A stretch of DNA of 64,000 nucleotides from an uncultured Acidimicrobiaceae bacterium (GTDB lineage: Bacteria; Actinomycetota; Acidimicrobiia; Acidimicrobiales; RAAP-2): contig CAIQOJ010000139.1 in NCBI GenBank assembly GCA_903873395.1, forward strand, positions 5,911 through 69,910. Reading direction: 5' to 3'. A model generated the notes under the pieces. It saw only the letters and a program-made list of their open reading frames with translations. It did no database searches and had not been told where the DNA came from. A program made the translations under genes and the position numbers. This document shows positions 1-9,675 of this stretch, one piece after another; position 1 is the first letter of the stretch, and every line of letters starts with the position of its first letter.

Positions 1-565
1 CATAGGTCATTTCGATCTGAAATCCATAGCCCTCAGCCTGAATGCCTTCGAGGTCAATGGCCTGGAGCGCAGAAGCTGCATAGGCTCGGAACCCGGCAGT
101 GGCATCCGCCACCCGTAGGCCAAGCAGTGCCGAGGCGTAGAGATTGCCACCCCGCGACAGCAGTCGTCGGTGCCATGCCCAGTTGGGGATGCGCCCACCA
201 GGCACATACCGAGATCCGATCACCAACCCGGCGCCATCGCCTAGAGGCGCCAGCAAGGAAGGTAGAGCTTCGGGTTCGTGCGAGAGATCAGCATCCATCT
301 CGATGCAGGCGTCGAACCCTCGCTCGAGGCCCCATGCGAATCCTGCTCGATAGGCACTGCCCAGTCCGGCTTTACCGTGGCGTCGGAGCAGTGCAATGCC
401 ACCGAGTTCACTGGCCAAGCCCTCGGCCATATCCGCAGTGCCGTCTGGGCTTCCATCATCGACCACCAGCACGGTGGCACTAGGCACGGCAGCACGGATC
501 CTTCGCAGGACATGGTCGATATTTTCAGCCTCGTTGTAGGTGGGAAGGACCACCAGGGCATCCAT
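1..565 (-). CDS. Polyprenol-phosphate mannosyltransferase-like GT2 glycosyltransferase (N-terminal part; gene runs off the left edge)
   Basis: Absent from the ORF track because no stop lies in the window. My reverse-strand translation from ATG 565..563 gives MDALVVLPTYNEAENIDHVLRRI..VLVVDDGSPDGTADMAE..IEMDADLSHEPEAL..GSRYVPGG. This is a GT-A fold with DDGS and DAD motifs typical of Ppm1/DPM1-type enzymes. Confidence 0.8.
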   Translation of the reverse strand, partial: MDALVVLPTYNEAENIDHVLRRIRAAVPSATVLVVDDGSPDGTADMAEGLASELGGIALLRRHGKAGLGSAYRAGFAWGLERGFDACIEMDADLSHEPEALPSLLAPLGDGAGLVIGSRYVPGGRIPNWAWHRRLLSRGGNLYASALLGLRVADATAGFRAYAASALQAIDLEGIQAEGYGFQIEMTY

Positions 566-645
566 GGCGGGCAGTCTACGGGACACCGGCTCGCGAGGCG
601 GAGTCGCTCACCTCCAAGGACGATTCGAAGGGGGCGCGGCACCAA

Positions 646-720
646 GGGGGCTCGCCCCCGTTGAAACTCCGTGATCAGCGAGGCTCACGGTGCTCGGCCG
701 TTCGGGGTCGTCAGCCTCGC
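646..720 (-). terminator. Two stem-loops downstream of the AI-2E transporter gene (candidate intrinsic terminator)
   Basis: GGGGG(646-650)/CCCCC(655-659) with a 4-nt loop, followed on the minus strand by TTGG. There is also an 8-bp inverted repeat gcgaggct(678-685)/agcctcgc(713-720). No clear U tract. Confidence 0.3.
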
Positions 721-770
721 AATCTGGACGGCCGATCACTGGGGATATCCGTGACGTGCACAACGCAAAT

Positions 771-1949
771 TCAGGCTTCCTGGCGTCTCATCGGCGCAGT
801 AACAGCACCATCGTCGTCCACCGGAGCAGTGGATCTCGTCCGTGACCTCACCTCTTGGAATACAACCTGGATGGCTCCACCCACCGGGATGGCCACAAGG
901 GCACCACTGAGGGCACCGAGCGAGGATCCGAATACGCCGCCCAGATTGGCTCCGACCAAGACGGCCACCAACACCCAGAGAGGATTCATCCGCACGGTGC
1001 GGGACATCACCACGGGATAGAGGAAGTGGTTCTCGATCAGCTGGAAACCGACGAACACGATGGCCGTCACCACCCCCGCGGTCGGCGAATGCAGTAGCGC
1101 CAACGCCACGCTCGGCACCCCGGCAATCAACCCCCCCACAAGAGGGATCATGGCGACCAGAGCCACCCAGAGTCCGATCAGCAGTGCGAATGGCACGCCA
1201 AGGACGGCCAGCGTCACCAAGACGACCACACCGAATGTCACCGACAGCACGATGGTTCCCAGCACGTAGGCAGTCACCGTTCGCGAGACCGTCGAGGCCA
1301 CTTCTTCCACCGTCACACGTAGCTCAGGCCGCATCAACCCGAGCAGTCCCGTACGCATGCGAGGGGCCTCGAGCAGCATGAACAGGGACAAGAAGGCGAT
1401 CGTCGTCAACGCCAAGATGGTGGAGAAGACGGCCCGACCCAGATTGGTGCCGATCGACAGAGCCGGCCGGCTCAAGTTGTTGGCGGCCGTCTTGAGGCGC
1501 GGCGCGTTGTGCTGCACCCATGACAGGAGGCCGAACCGTTGCAGCAGATGGGCCAGCCAGCCGTGACCTCGATGGACCTGATCAACCATGGCCGGCAATC
1601 GCTCCGCCACCCGGGTCGCTGAGTTCACCAATGGGTAGCCGAACAGCACCAACAAGCCCACGAATGCCACTACTGCGCCCACGAAAACAACCGCGACCGC
1701 CAACCCGCGTCGCAGACCTCGCCGCTGCAAGAACGACACTGCGGGGTGCAGCACCAAGGCGATGAAGGCGGCAACGAGCAGCCAGAGGATCACCTCGCGA
1801 AGACGGCCCAACAAGCGGTAGAGCACCCAGGTGACGATCACCACGGCATCAATGGTCAGGATCGTCCTCAGCGGCACACCTCGGGCCTCGAAGGCAGCCA
1901 TAAAACGCTGGCCCAACGATGCGTGCGGCAACGGAGCCTCTGCGGCCAT
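771..1949 (-). CDS. AI-2E family transporter (PerM/UPF0118-like permease)
   Basis: Multi-TM protein whose C-terminal region (IPLVGGLIAGVPSVALALL..FQLIENHFLYPVVMSRTVRMNPLWVLVAVLVGANLGG) is typical of the family. The ORF extends to 2114, but I prefer ATG 1949 (MAAEAPLP) to avoid overlapping the divergent neighbour. Confidence 0.75.
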   Translation of the reverse strand: MAAEAPLPHASLGQRFMAAFEARGVPLRTILTIDAVVIVTWVLYRLLGRLREVILWLLVAAFIALVLHPAVSFLQRRGLRRGLAVAVVFVGAVVAFVGLLVLFGYPLVNSATRVAERLPAMVDQVHRGHGWLAHLLQRFGLLSWVQHNAPRLKTAANNLSRPALSIGTNLGRAVFSTILALTTIAFLSLFMLLEAPRMRTGLLGLMRPELRVTVEEVASTVSRTVTAYVLGTIVLSVTFGVVVLVTLAVLGVPFALLIGLWVALVAMIPLVGGLIAGVPSVALALLHSPTAGVVTAIVFVGFQLIENHFLYPVVMSRTVRMNPLWVLVAVLVGANLGGVFGSSLGALSGALVAIPVGGAIQVVFQEVRSRTRSTAPVDDDGAVTAPMRRQEA

Positions 1950-2047
1950 CTCATCGTCGAGCGCGCTCGCGGTGACGGGCTCGTGTGAAGCCTGCGGGTC
2001 GATCACCGCATCAGCATTACAGGTCGCGAGCAGTGCGCCGTGCCAAC

Positions 2048-3436
2048 ATGGCCGTGATGGCGTCCGAGAAGACACCCGAGACCGACCGCATGCGCCGGTG
2101 GCACCGAGGCCCATTTGCTCGGCGTGAGGTGCGCATCAGTGTTGGCACCGTGCTCGCGTTCTTGTTCGTCTTCTACGTCGTCTTCCCTCTCGTGGCCCGA
2201 CATCGGCGCCAGGTTGGGGCACTGGCCCACATTCACCTCGGGTACTTGGCACTGGGCGTACTGCTCGAGGTGGCAGCCCTGGTGGCCTATACGCAACTGA
2301 CTCACTCAGTCCTGCCGCATGGCGGTCCGCGCCGCCTCGGCCTTTTTCGCATCAACCTCTCCACGCTCGCCTTGAGTCACGTCTCACCGGGCGGCACCGC
2401 CCCAGGCACTGCCCTCGGCTACCGACTCCTCACTCAATCCGGCGTGAGTGGTGCTGACGCGGGGTTCGCCTTGGGCACTCAAGGAATCGGGTCCGCGGTC
2501 GTCCTCAACATCATCTTCTGGTGCTCGCTGGTGTCGTTCTTGGTGGCCCACGGCTTTCAGGTACCGACCAGCCTCCACGGCGGCCAGAACGAGTCGGCCT
2601 CGATCCTGGTCATGGTGGCCGCTGCCATCGGCGTCGTCCTTTTGGGTGCCTTCGGTGGAATATTCCTCCTACTCACCAAGGGCCAGGAACGGACTCGACG
2701 CTTCGTCCACCGACTGGCCGCTAATACGCGCTTCATCGATGCCGACCGGGTGACCTCGTTGCTGGAGCGCTTGGCACAACGGTTTGGTGGGCTGATGGAA
2801 GACCGGCGTCTCCTCGGCCGGGCCGTGGGCTGGGCGGCAGCCAACTGGCTACTCGATGCCGCGTCCCTGTGGGTCTTCATCGCCGCTTTCGGCCACGCCG
2901 TTCCACCGGTGGATCTGTTGACCGCCTATGGACTTGCCAACATCCTCGCCGCCATCCCGGTGACACCCGGTGGCCTAGGTGTGATCGAGTTCGTTCTGGT
3001 CTCGATGCTGGCTGGCTTCGGCGTACCCGACGCCGCCGCTCTTTCCGCGGTACTCGCCTATCGGGCCGTTAACTTCTGGCTGCCTATTCCCTTCGGCGGG
3101 CTGGCCTATGCCTCGTTGGAGTTCGAAAAACGCCAACCGGCTTGGAAGGCGGCCCGCAAGCCTGCCGTCATTTCCCCTGGCGTCGATCCACTCGAAACCA
3201 GCGATGCCACCAGCGCTTCCGACGAGGCAAACGATCATCAGGCAGATCCGGCGCCGGACTCGGAGGCACGTGCTGATCGCTCGGTGCGGGCTGGATCCCT
3301 CGAGAGTCAGCCTGGAACGGAGGACCCGAGCCAAGATCAGGTCCCTCAACATCAGCCACCGACGAAGGCTGGCCGTCCGCGCGGCCACGCTCCCAGGCAG
3401 CCAATGCCAGTGATCGGCACCGAGCCTGCAAACTGA
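2048..3436 (+). CDS. Flippase-like / lysylphosphatidylglycerol-synthase TM-region (UPF0104) membrane protein with a disordered acidic C-terminal tail
   Basis: Polytopic protein containing LANILAAIPVTPGGLGVIEFVLVSML and AVLAYRAVNFWLPIPFGG, typical of the family. Start uncertain (ORF opens at 1985; ATGs at 2048, 2057, 2090). Confidence 0.7.
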   Translation: MAVMASEKTPETDRMRRWHRGPFARREVRISVGTVLAFLFVFYVVFPLVARHRRQVGALAHIHLGYLALGVLLEVAALVAYTQLTHSVLPHGGPRRLGLFRINLSTLALSHVSPGGTAPGTALGYRLLTQSGVSGADAGFALGTQGIGSAVVLNIIFWCSLVSFLVAHGFQVPTSLHGGQNESASILVMVAAAIGVVLLGAFGGIFLLLTKGQERTRRFVHRLAANTRFIDADRVTSLLERLAQRFGGLMEDRRLLGRAVGWAAANWLLDAASLWVFIAAFGHAVPPVDLLTAYGLANILAAIPVTPGGLGVIEFVLVSMLAGFGVPDAAALSAVLAYRAVNFWLPIPFGGLAYASLEFEKRQPAWKAARKPAVISPGVDPLETSDATSASDEANDHQADPAPDSEARADRSVRAGSLESQPGTEDPSQDQVPQHQPPTKAGRPRGHAPRQPMPVIGTEPAN

Positions 3437-5471
3437 ATGCCTGGCTTGGGATCCCGTCGTCGGGATCACATCGTGTCCACTGGCCATCGGGTCCGAGTAA
3501 CCAGGCATTCGCTTCATCAGCAACGGCGTCGTCGAGAATGGCGGCAAGCCGATCGCGAATTGCTTCGTCGTGCACGGGCACGAGAACCTCGATCCGCCGA
3601 TCCAGGTTGCGCTCCATGAGATCCGGGGATCCGAACGAGACCCGCAGTGGGCGTCCCGATGTTCCTCCGAACCGGAAGATGCGGGAGTGCTCGAGGAACC
3701 GCCCCACCACCGAGTGGACCCGGATGGTCTCTGACAGGCCCGGCACGCCGGGTCGCAGGCAACATCGACCCCGGACCACGAGATCGATGGGCACTCCCGC
3801 ACTCGATGCTCGATAGAGCGCATCGATCACCGCCGGATCGGTCAAGCCGGTGGTTTTGATCACGATGCGACCTAAGGGCCCGACTGCCGCCTCGGCCTCG
3901 ATGGCCGCAATCACCTGAGGCCTGGTGGCGACCGGTGAGACCACGAGCCTGCGGAAGTGCACCGGGGCCTCGCCACCGGCCAGAAGACTGATGAGCTCGC
4001 TGATGTCTACGCCGATTTCTGGGTCAGCCGTCAGCAAGCCGACGTCTTCATACATGCGCGCCGTAATGGAGTTGTAGTTCCCACTGCCAATATGGCAGTA
4101 GCGCCGGATCACTTCACCCTCCCTGCGCAAAACAAGCGAGATCTTCGAATGAGTCTTGAGCCGGGCCAGGCCGTAGATGACCTGGGCTCCGGCCTCCTCG
4201 AGGGCTCGTGCCCACGCGATATTGGCACGCTCGTCGAACCGGGCTTGGAGTTCGACGACAACAGTGACTTCCTTGCCCGATCGAGCTGCACGCACGAGTG
4301 CGTCGACGATGGGACTATCCAGCCCGGTGCGATACAGGGTCTGCTTGATGGCGACAACGGCGGGATCGACCGCCGCCTGGGTCACGAAAGCCTCCACAGA
4401 ATCCGCAAACGATTCATAGGGATGGTGCACTAAGACGTCACCTGTGGCCAGCACTTCGAAGATGTTCCGCTGACCCGCCAGCCGGGGAGGGGGCACCGGT
4501 GTCCAAGGTTCGACGGTCAAGTCAGGTCGATCGAGATCGCACAGAGCCCGTAGTCCGCTGAGATCGACGAGGCCATCGATGGGCACCACCCGGCCAGGGT
4601 CGATGTCGATCTCCCTCACCAACATGGCCACCAGATCGTCTGATGCCGATGTCGTAACCTCCAGGCGCACGGCCTGCCCGAAACGACGCCGGTGGAGCTC
4701 GAGTTCAACAGCCGCCAAGAGGTCTTCGGCGTCGTCTTCGTCCACCGACAGGTCGGCGTTGCGAGTGACTCGGAACACATGGTGCCCGCCGATCTCCATG
4801 GCCGGGAACAGTCGGTCGAGATGGGCGGCGATCACGTGCTCGACGGGGATCAACCGGACACGGTCAGGGAGGGCCACGAACCTGGGTAGCAGCGGGGGCA
4901 CCTTGACCCGGGCAATGCGGCCACTGCCCGAACCCGGATCGACGACACGAACCAAGATATTGAGGCTGAGGTTCGAGATGTAGGGAAACGGATGACCTTG
5001 ATCGACGGCCAGCGGAGTGAGGATCGGAAACATCCGATGGTCGAAGAGTTCGCCCAGCCAGGCGCGATCATCGGCGCCAAGATCGTCCCATCCCACGACC
5101 GTCACCCCAGCGTCGACCAGCCGCACGGCCAGCAGATCCTCGGCCACGGCGGCCTGTCGCCCCATCAGCTGCTCCACGCGCTCCCAGATGGCAGCCAACT
5201 GCTCGGTGGGGCTCATGCCGTCGGCCGATCGGGTGCGGATCCCCGCAGCCACCCGATCGTCCAAAGCAGAGACTCGAACCTGGAAAAACTCATCGAGTCC
5301 CTCGGCCGAGATGGCCAAGAACCGGATTCGTTCGAGAAGGGGAAGCCGCCTGTCAGAGGCCAGATCTACCAGACGATGGGCAAAGTCGAGCCACGACAGC
5401 TCCCGGTTGGCAAATCGCTCAGGAGCGCTCGCCAAGTCCACGGGCCCTTCGGGTGTGCTGTGAGCCGTCAC
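3168..5471 (-). CDS. ppk: Polyphosphate kinase 1
   Basis: 767-aa ORF. The N-terminus (FANRELSWLDFAHRLVDLA..PLLERIRFLAISAEGLDEFFQVRV) and the later KTHSKISLV and FGSPDLMERNLDRRIEVLVP blocks are typical of PPK1. The last ~75 aa form an Arg-rich tail. Confidence 0.93.
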   Translation of the reverse strand: MTAHSTPEGPVDLASAPERFANRELSWLDFAHRLVDLASDRRLPLLERIRFLAISAEGLDEFFQVRVSALDDRVAAGIRTRSADGMSPTEQLAAIWERVEQLMGRQAAVAEDLLAVRLVDAGVTVVGWDDLGADDRAWLGELFDHRMFPILTPLAVDQGHPFPYISNLSLNILVRVVDPGSGSGRIARVKVPPLLPRFVALPDRVRLIPVEHVIAAHLDRLFPAMEIGGHHVFRVTRNADLSVDEDDAEDLLAAVELELHRRRFGQAVRLEVTTSASDDLVAMLVREIDIDPGRVVPIDGLVDLSGLRALCDLDRPDLTVEPWTPVPPPRLAGQRNIFEVLATGDVLVHHPYESFADSVEAFVTQAAVDPAVVAIKQTLYRTGLDSPIVDALVRAARSGKEVTVVVELQARFDERANIAWARALEEAGAQVIYGLARLKTHSKISLVLRREGEVIRRYCHIGSGNYNSITARMYEDVGLLTADPEIGVDISELISLLAGGEAPVHFRRLVVSPVATRPQVIAAIEAEAAVGPLGRIVIKTTGLTDPAVIDALYRASSAGVPIDLVVRGRCCLRPGVPGLSETIRVHSVVGRFLEHSRIFRFGGTSGRPLRVSFGSPDLMERNLDRRIEVLVPVHDEAIRDRLAAILDDAVADEANAWLLGPDGQWTRCDPDDGIPSQAFSLQARCRSLALAAWERGRADGQPSSVADVEGPDLGSGPPFQADSRGIQPAPSDQHVPPSPAPDLPDDRLPRRKRWWHRWFRVDRRQGK

Positions 5472-5651
5472 ACCGCCGTCCGACGATCCGAGTGACAGTG
5501 GTGGAGGCTCGGGATCATGGCTCAGTCATCGTAGACCCGCACCCCCAAGTCGCAAACGCCCGAGGGGAACCGCCTGCGGGCAAGTGGGGCAGATCCCCCA
5601 GTCTCTCGTGCTTCCACCAGACTTGGCCTGCCCACAAGTAGGCTCTGCCCG

Positions 5652-7052
5652 GTGCCCACCCTGCTGTCGCACTCCCCCCATCGGCGGGCTCATCGAGGCG
5701 TAAAGGCTCGCCGGAGAACCGAGTTGGGCCTCATGGTCGCCGCCTCCGTGATTATCACGGCCACCTATGCGCTCATGATCCTCGGCAATACGTCGAAGGT
5801 CCCAGCCAACCTCCTGCCCTTCCTTCTGACCATCCTTGCGCTTGGCGGGGTCACCCATGTGGCCAATCGCATGTTTGCGCCCGATGCGAGCGCCATCGTG
5901 ATGCCCGTCGTCTTCTTGCTGAACGGGATCGGCTACGTCATCATCGCCAGGATCGATCTGGGGACCGGTCATAACTACGCCCCATATCAAGCGGCATGGA
6001 CGGCCGGCGGTGTAGCGATGTATGTGCTGACCCTGTTCACCGTGCGGCGCTCTCGAGACCTCGACCGATACCGCTACATGTTGCTAGGTGCGGGCGTAAT
6101 TTTGCTGCTGCTCCCCCTGGTTCCAGGACTTGGAGCCAACATCAACGGCGCCCGACTCTGGGTGCAGGTCGGCAGGATCGAGTTCCAGCCGGTGGAACTG
6201 GCGAAGATCGTGCTCTGCGTCTTCTTCGCCTCCTACTTCGCCGAGCGCCGTGAACTGCTGACGATCCCGACCGCCCGCGTCGGAAACCGGCTCTTCCTCG
6301 ACCCCCGCCCTCTGGTTCCCATCGTGGTGGCCTGGGGATTCGCCGTGGCGGTGATGAGCCTCGAACACGACATCGGATTTTCCGCCCTGCTCTTCACACT
6401 CTTTATCGGCATGCTCTGGATCACCACCGGACGCACCGGCTACCTGCTGCTCGGCGTGATCTTGTTTGCCATAGGGGCCTACGTGACCTCCAAGTACTTC
6501 GCCCAGACCCACGTCCGGGTCGAAACCTGGTTGAACCCATGGCCATTGGCTGAAGGAACGGGTCGCCAACTGGTCCAGACGTGGTACGCCTTGGGCAGCG
6601 GCGGGATCGGTGGTTCAGGACTTGGACTCGGCGCCGGGGCCTATCTCATCACCAACTCTCGGACCGACTTCATCTTCGCCGTCATCGGCGAGGAGATGGG
6701 CATGTTCGGCGCGACGATGATCGTCATTGCCTTCATGACCTTGGTCGGGGCCGGTCTCCGCATCGCCCAGGCGGCTCGCTCGGAGTTCGCCAAGCTGACC
6801 GCCACCGGGCTCACCATCATCCTCGGGTTCCAAGCGTTCTTCATCATCGGAGGCATCCTGCGCCTCTTGCCCCTGACGGGCATCACCCTTCCTTTCGTCT
6901 CCTACGGTGGCTCAGCACTCATCGCCAACTACGTCCTCGTAGCCATCCTCATGAGGATCTCAGACGAAGGAGCGGCATCAGTCGATGCGGCCGACCAAGC
7001 GGCCTGGGACGACGAGCAGGACCGACGCCGGCGGTTGCTCACCGGAAGTTGA
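5652..7052 (+). CDS. FtsW/RodA/SpoVE (SEDS) family peptidoglycan glycosyltransferase, actinobacterial RodA-like
   Basis: RRTELGL N-terminus, FAPDASAIVMPVVFLLNGIGYVIIARIDL, RTDFIFAVIGEEMGMFG and LPLTGITLPFVSYGGSALIANYVLVAILMRIS all align well with mycobacterial RodA as I recall it. GTG start at 5652; an internal ATG at 5733 is possible. Confidence 0.85.
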   Translation: MPTLLSHSPHRRAHRGVKARRRTELGLMVAASVIITATYALMILGNTSKVPANLLPFLLTILALGGVTHVANRMFAPDASAIVMPVVFLLNGIGYVIIARIDLGTGHNYAPYQAAWTAGGVAMYVLTLFTVRRSRDLDRYRYMLLGAGVILLLLPLVPGLGANINGARLWVQVGRIEFQPVELAKIVLCVFFASYFAERRELLTIPTARVGNRLFLDPRPLVPIVVAWGFAVAVMSLEHDIGFSALLFTLFIGMLWITTGRTGYLLLGVILFAIGAYVTSKYFAQTHVRVETWLNPWPLAEGTGRQLVQTWYALGSGGIGGSGLGLGAGAYLITNSRTDFIFAVIGEEMGMFGATMIVIAFMTLVGAGLRIAQAARSEFAKLTATGLTIILGFQAFFIIGGILRLLPLTGITLPFVSYGGSALIANYVLVAILMRISDEGAASVDAADQAAWDDEQDRRRRLLTGS

Positions 7053-7060
7053 AGGATCCG

Positions 7061-9505
7061 TCAGGGCGTAGTCGCCTGCGCGGGATCAACGCCGAGATCT
7101 GACCTGGAGGCGCACTGCGCGGCGGGATGTCCATAGAGCCAACCCTGAGCACACCTCCAGCCCTGGGCGCGAAGCATGGCGGCTTGTTCGATGGTCTCCA
7201 CCCCTTCGGCAACCGTGTCGAGGCCAAGTCCCGTGGCCATACCGACGAGGCCTTGGGCGAGCACAAGGCTGGTCGGATCTTCCGAGGCGAGCAGGGCGGT
7301 GAACGACAGATCGAGTTTCAGACCTGCGATGGGCAGATCGCGCAGGTGTGAGATCGAGGAGTATCCCGTTCCGAAGTCGTCGACATACCAACGGATTCCG
7401 AACCGGACCAGTTCGTCCATGGTCGCTTTCACCGTGGTGGTCACACTCAAGAGATCTGATTCGGTCAACTCCAGGTGCAAGCGGTCGGGATCCAGCCCCC
7501 GTTGCGTGACCGCATCGATCACCGTGGTGGCATAGCCGTCGAGTCCGAGCGAGCTTGCCGATACGTTGACCGCCATGTGCAGGGGTGCCGGCAACACGCC
7601 GAGTGCATCGAGGGACCGCACCAAGATCATCTGGTCCAACTCCACGATCAGGTCACTGCGGGTCGCGTCGACCAAGAACTCGTCCGGGGCAAGGAGCCTC
7701 CCGTCGGGATGGACCCAGCGAGCCAGCGCTTCGTAACCCACCAGCGCGCCGTCTTCCATGGTGACGATCGGCTGGAAATGAGGAATGAATCTTCCGCCAC
7801 GAATTGAGTCTCGGATCTCGATGGCCAGCGATGAATGCGACGGGCTGTTGAAGACGGCCACCCGATTAATTCCTTCACCTTTGGCCTGGTAGAGCGCAGC
7901 GTCGGCATTGCGCATCAGTCGGTGGGCATCGATACCGGCGCTTCCCACAGCAATGCCCACACACGCAGTGACCGTGGTGTCGGCATGTCCTTCAATGCCT
8001 AGAGGTTGCATGATCGCCCTACAGATCTTTTGGGCGACGGCAACCGCAGTGGCCTGCTCGGGTACCGCGTCGAGGACGACGACAAACTCATCCCCTCCCA
8101 CCCGAGCAGCGATGTCGGTGAGTCGCAATGCGGCAGCGATCCGGTGGGCTACGACCCGCAGGACCTCGTCGCCGGCCAGATGCCCGTAGCTGTCGTTGAC
8201 TTTCTTGAATCCGTCAATGTCACAGAACAACACCGCGGGTTGGCCCGTACTCTGAGGTGGAAGCGTCAGGAGATGGTCGACATGGGCCTGCAGTTGGTCA
8301 CGATTGATCAGACCGGTCAGTGGATCATGGTTGGCCCGGTCCAACAGATCTTCACGGATCTTGTGAGCATCGGTGTTGTTCTGGATGTGGGCGACGTAGG
8401 AAGCCGGAGTGCCGTCGGGTTCACGAAGCAGGGCCGTCGAGTGCACGACCCAGATCAAGGATCCATCCGCTCGCAACCACTGACCCTCGTGCACCGTCAT
8501 ATGAGCAGAACCTGTCATGAGTTCCTCGTTGCCGCTCAAGTCGACACTCAAGTCTTCAGGCGGGATCACGTCCATCAGTCCGTGCGACAGCATCCAGGCC
8601 TCACTGTGACCTAGCAGTGCACACAGCGCAGGGTTCACCTGCAGGAATTCCAGGTTCAGCCCGATGACCGCCATGCCTTGCGGGGCACCATCGATGGCCA
8701 GGCGGAACGCCTTCTCGCTCTTCTCCAGAGCGTCTGCGGTCGCCTTGGTCTCCGTGATGTCACGAGCAGCGGCAAACACGCCCACCACGTCACCGTCATC
8801 GTTGCGATAGACCGAGGCGTTGTAGAGCACCGGGGTCACCCGTCCCGAGACATGGGTGAGGGCTAGCGGATAGTCGACGACTTGACCTTCACGGAACGCC
8901 AGTTCGTAGCCTGCGCGCGCGTCCTCGGGCGACGTGAAGTAGGACGTGAAATCCGTGCCGATGAGGTCAGTGCGGGCATGGCCCGTGATCCTCTCGGTGG
9001 CTGCGTTGACATCGGTGATCTTTCCGCCCGGAGAGATCGTCACCAGCGGGTCGAGCGCAGCCTCGAGGAGTCGCCGCGAGTAATCAGCCGTTGCCTGCAC
9101 CTGCTCCAAGGCGGCATCCACGGCCTGTTGGCGCACTACTTGCAGGGTTCGGTCGATGAAGGTGACGACAACCTCGCACAACTCACCAGCGTCCTCGAAG
9201 CGCGGGAGCGCGTTGACTTCGACCCATGCGTCAGGCAGTCCGGGCGGGCGCACGATCATGGGAAACCCCGTGAGTGGCGCCCGTGACTCGATCACCTGCA
9301 TCACCGGGAAGCGATCCACAGTCATCGCCGTCCCATCGGACTCGAGAAACTCCCAACGAGGATCACCGGCGAAACGTCCATCGAGATCCTGCATGCCCAG
9401 CAAGGTTCGAGCACGCCCGTTTGCCTCGATGATCGCCGTATCGGCGTCATGGATGACTACGCCAGCATCAAGGGCGGCAAGGACAGTCTCATATCGGCTC
9501 AGCAC
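7061..9505 (-). CDS. Multi-PAS GGDEF-EAL protein (c-di-GMP diguanylate cyclase/phosphodiesterase)
   Basis: 814 aa. PAS-like repeats are followed by RLTDIAARVGGDEFVVVL (GGDEF with an RxxD I-site 5 residues upstream). The EAL domain motifs YEALARW, DDFGTGYSS and EGVET are present. Confidence 0.9.
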   Translation of the reverse strand: MLSRYETVLAALDAGVVIHDADTAIIEANGRARTLLGMQDLDGRFAGDPRWEFLESDGTAMTVDRFPVMQVIESRAPLTGFPMIVRPPGLPDAWVEVNALPRFEDAGELCEVVVTFIDRTLQVVRQQAVDAALEQVQATADYSRRLLEAALDPLVTISPGGKITDVNAATERITGHARTDLIGTDFTSYFTSPEDARAGYELAFREGQVVDYPLALTHVSGRVTPVLYNASVYRNDDGDVVGVFAAARDITETKATADALEKSEKAFRLAIDGAPQGMAVIGLNLEFLQVNPALCALLGHSEAWMLSHGLMDVIPPEDLSVDLSGNEELMTGSAHMTVHEGQWLRADGSLIWVVHSTALLREPDGTPASYVAHIQNNTDAHKIREDLLDRANHDPLTGLINRDQLQAHVDHLLTLPPQSTGQPAVLFCDIDGFKKVNDSYGHLAGDEVLRVVAHRIAAALRLTDIAARVGGDEFVVVLDAVPEQATAVAVAQKICRAIMQPLGIEGHADTTVTACVGIAVGSAGIDAHRLMRNADAALYQAKGEGINRVAVFNSPSHSSLAIEIRDSIRGGRFIPHFQPIVTMEDGALVGYEALARWVHPDGRLLAPDEFLVDATRSDLIVELDQMILVRSLDALGVLPAPLHMAVNVSASSLGLDGYATTVIDAVTQRGLDPDRLHLELTESDLLSVTTTVKATMDELVRFGIRWYVDDFGTGYSSISHLRDLPIAGLKLDLSFTALLASEDPTSLVLAQGLVGMATGLGLDTVAEGVETIEQAAMLRAQGWRCAQGWLYGHPAAQCASRSDLGVDPAQATTP

Positions 9506-9675
9506 AACGGCCCGCCCTTCTTCCGAACTCCCGCACTTCCACCGTACCCCCCGCAGTCAGCGTTGGGGGGTGCAGCCTTGGCCCATGCGTCAGGTGACGA
9601 TCGACACGCCCTGTCGTGGAGTCAACCTGGACGAGACAGCACGGGCGCGGCACTCGGTGAGCGCCGACATTCCCA

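Noticed and set aside
9546-9571. acccccc-N12-ggggggt hairpin downstream of the BFN gene, considered as a terminator
   Set aside because: The stem is only 7 bp of homopolymeric G:C with a 12-nt loop and no following U tract on the minus strand. That is not enough to call a terminator.
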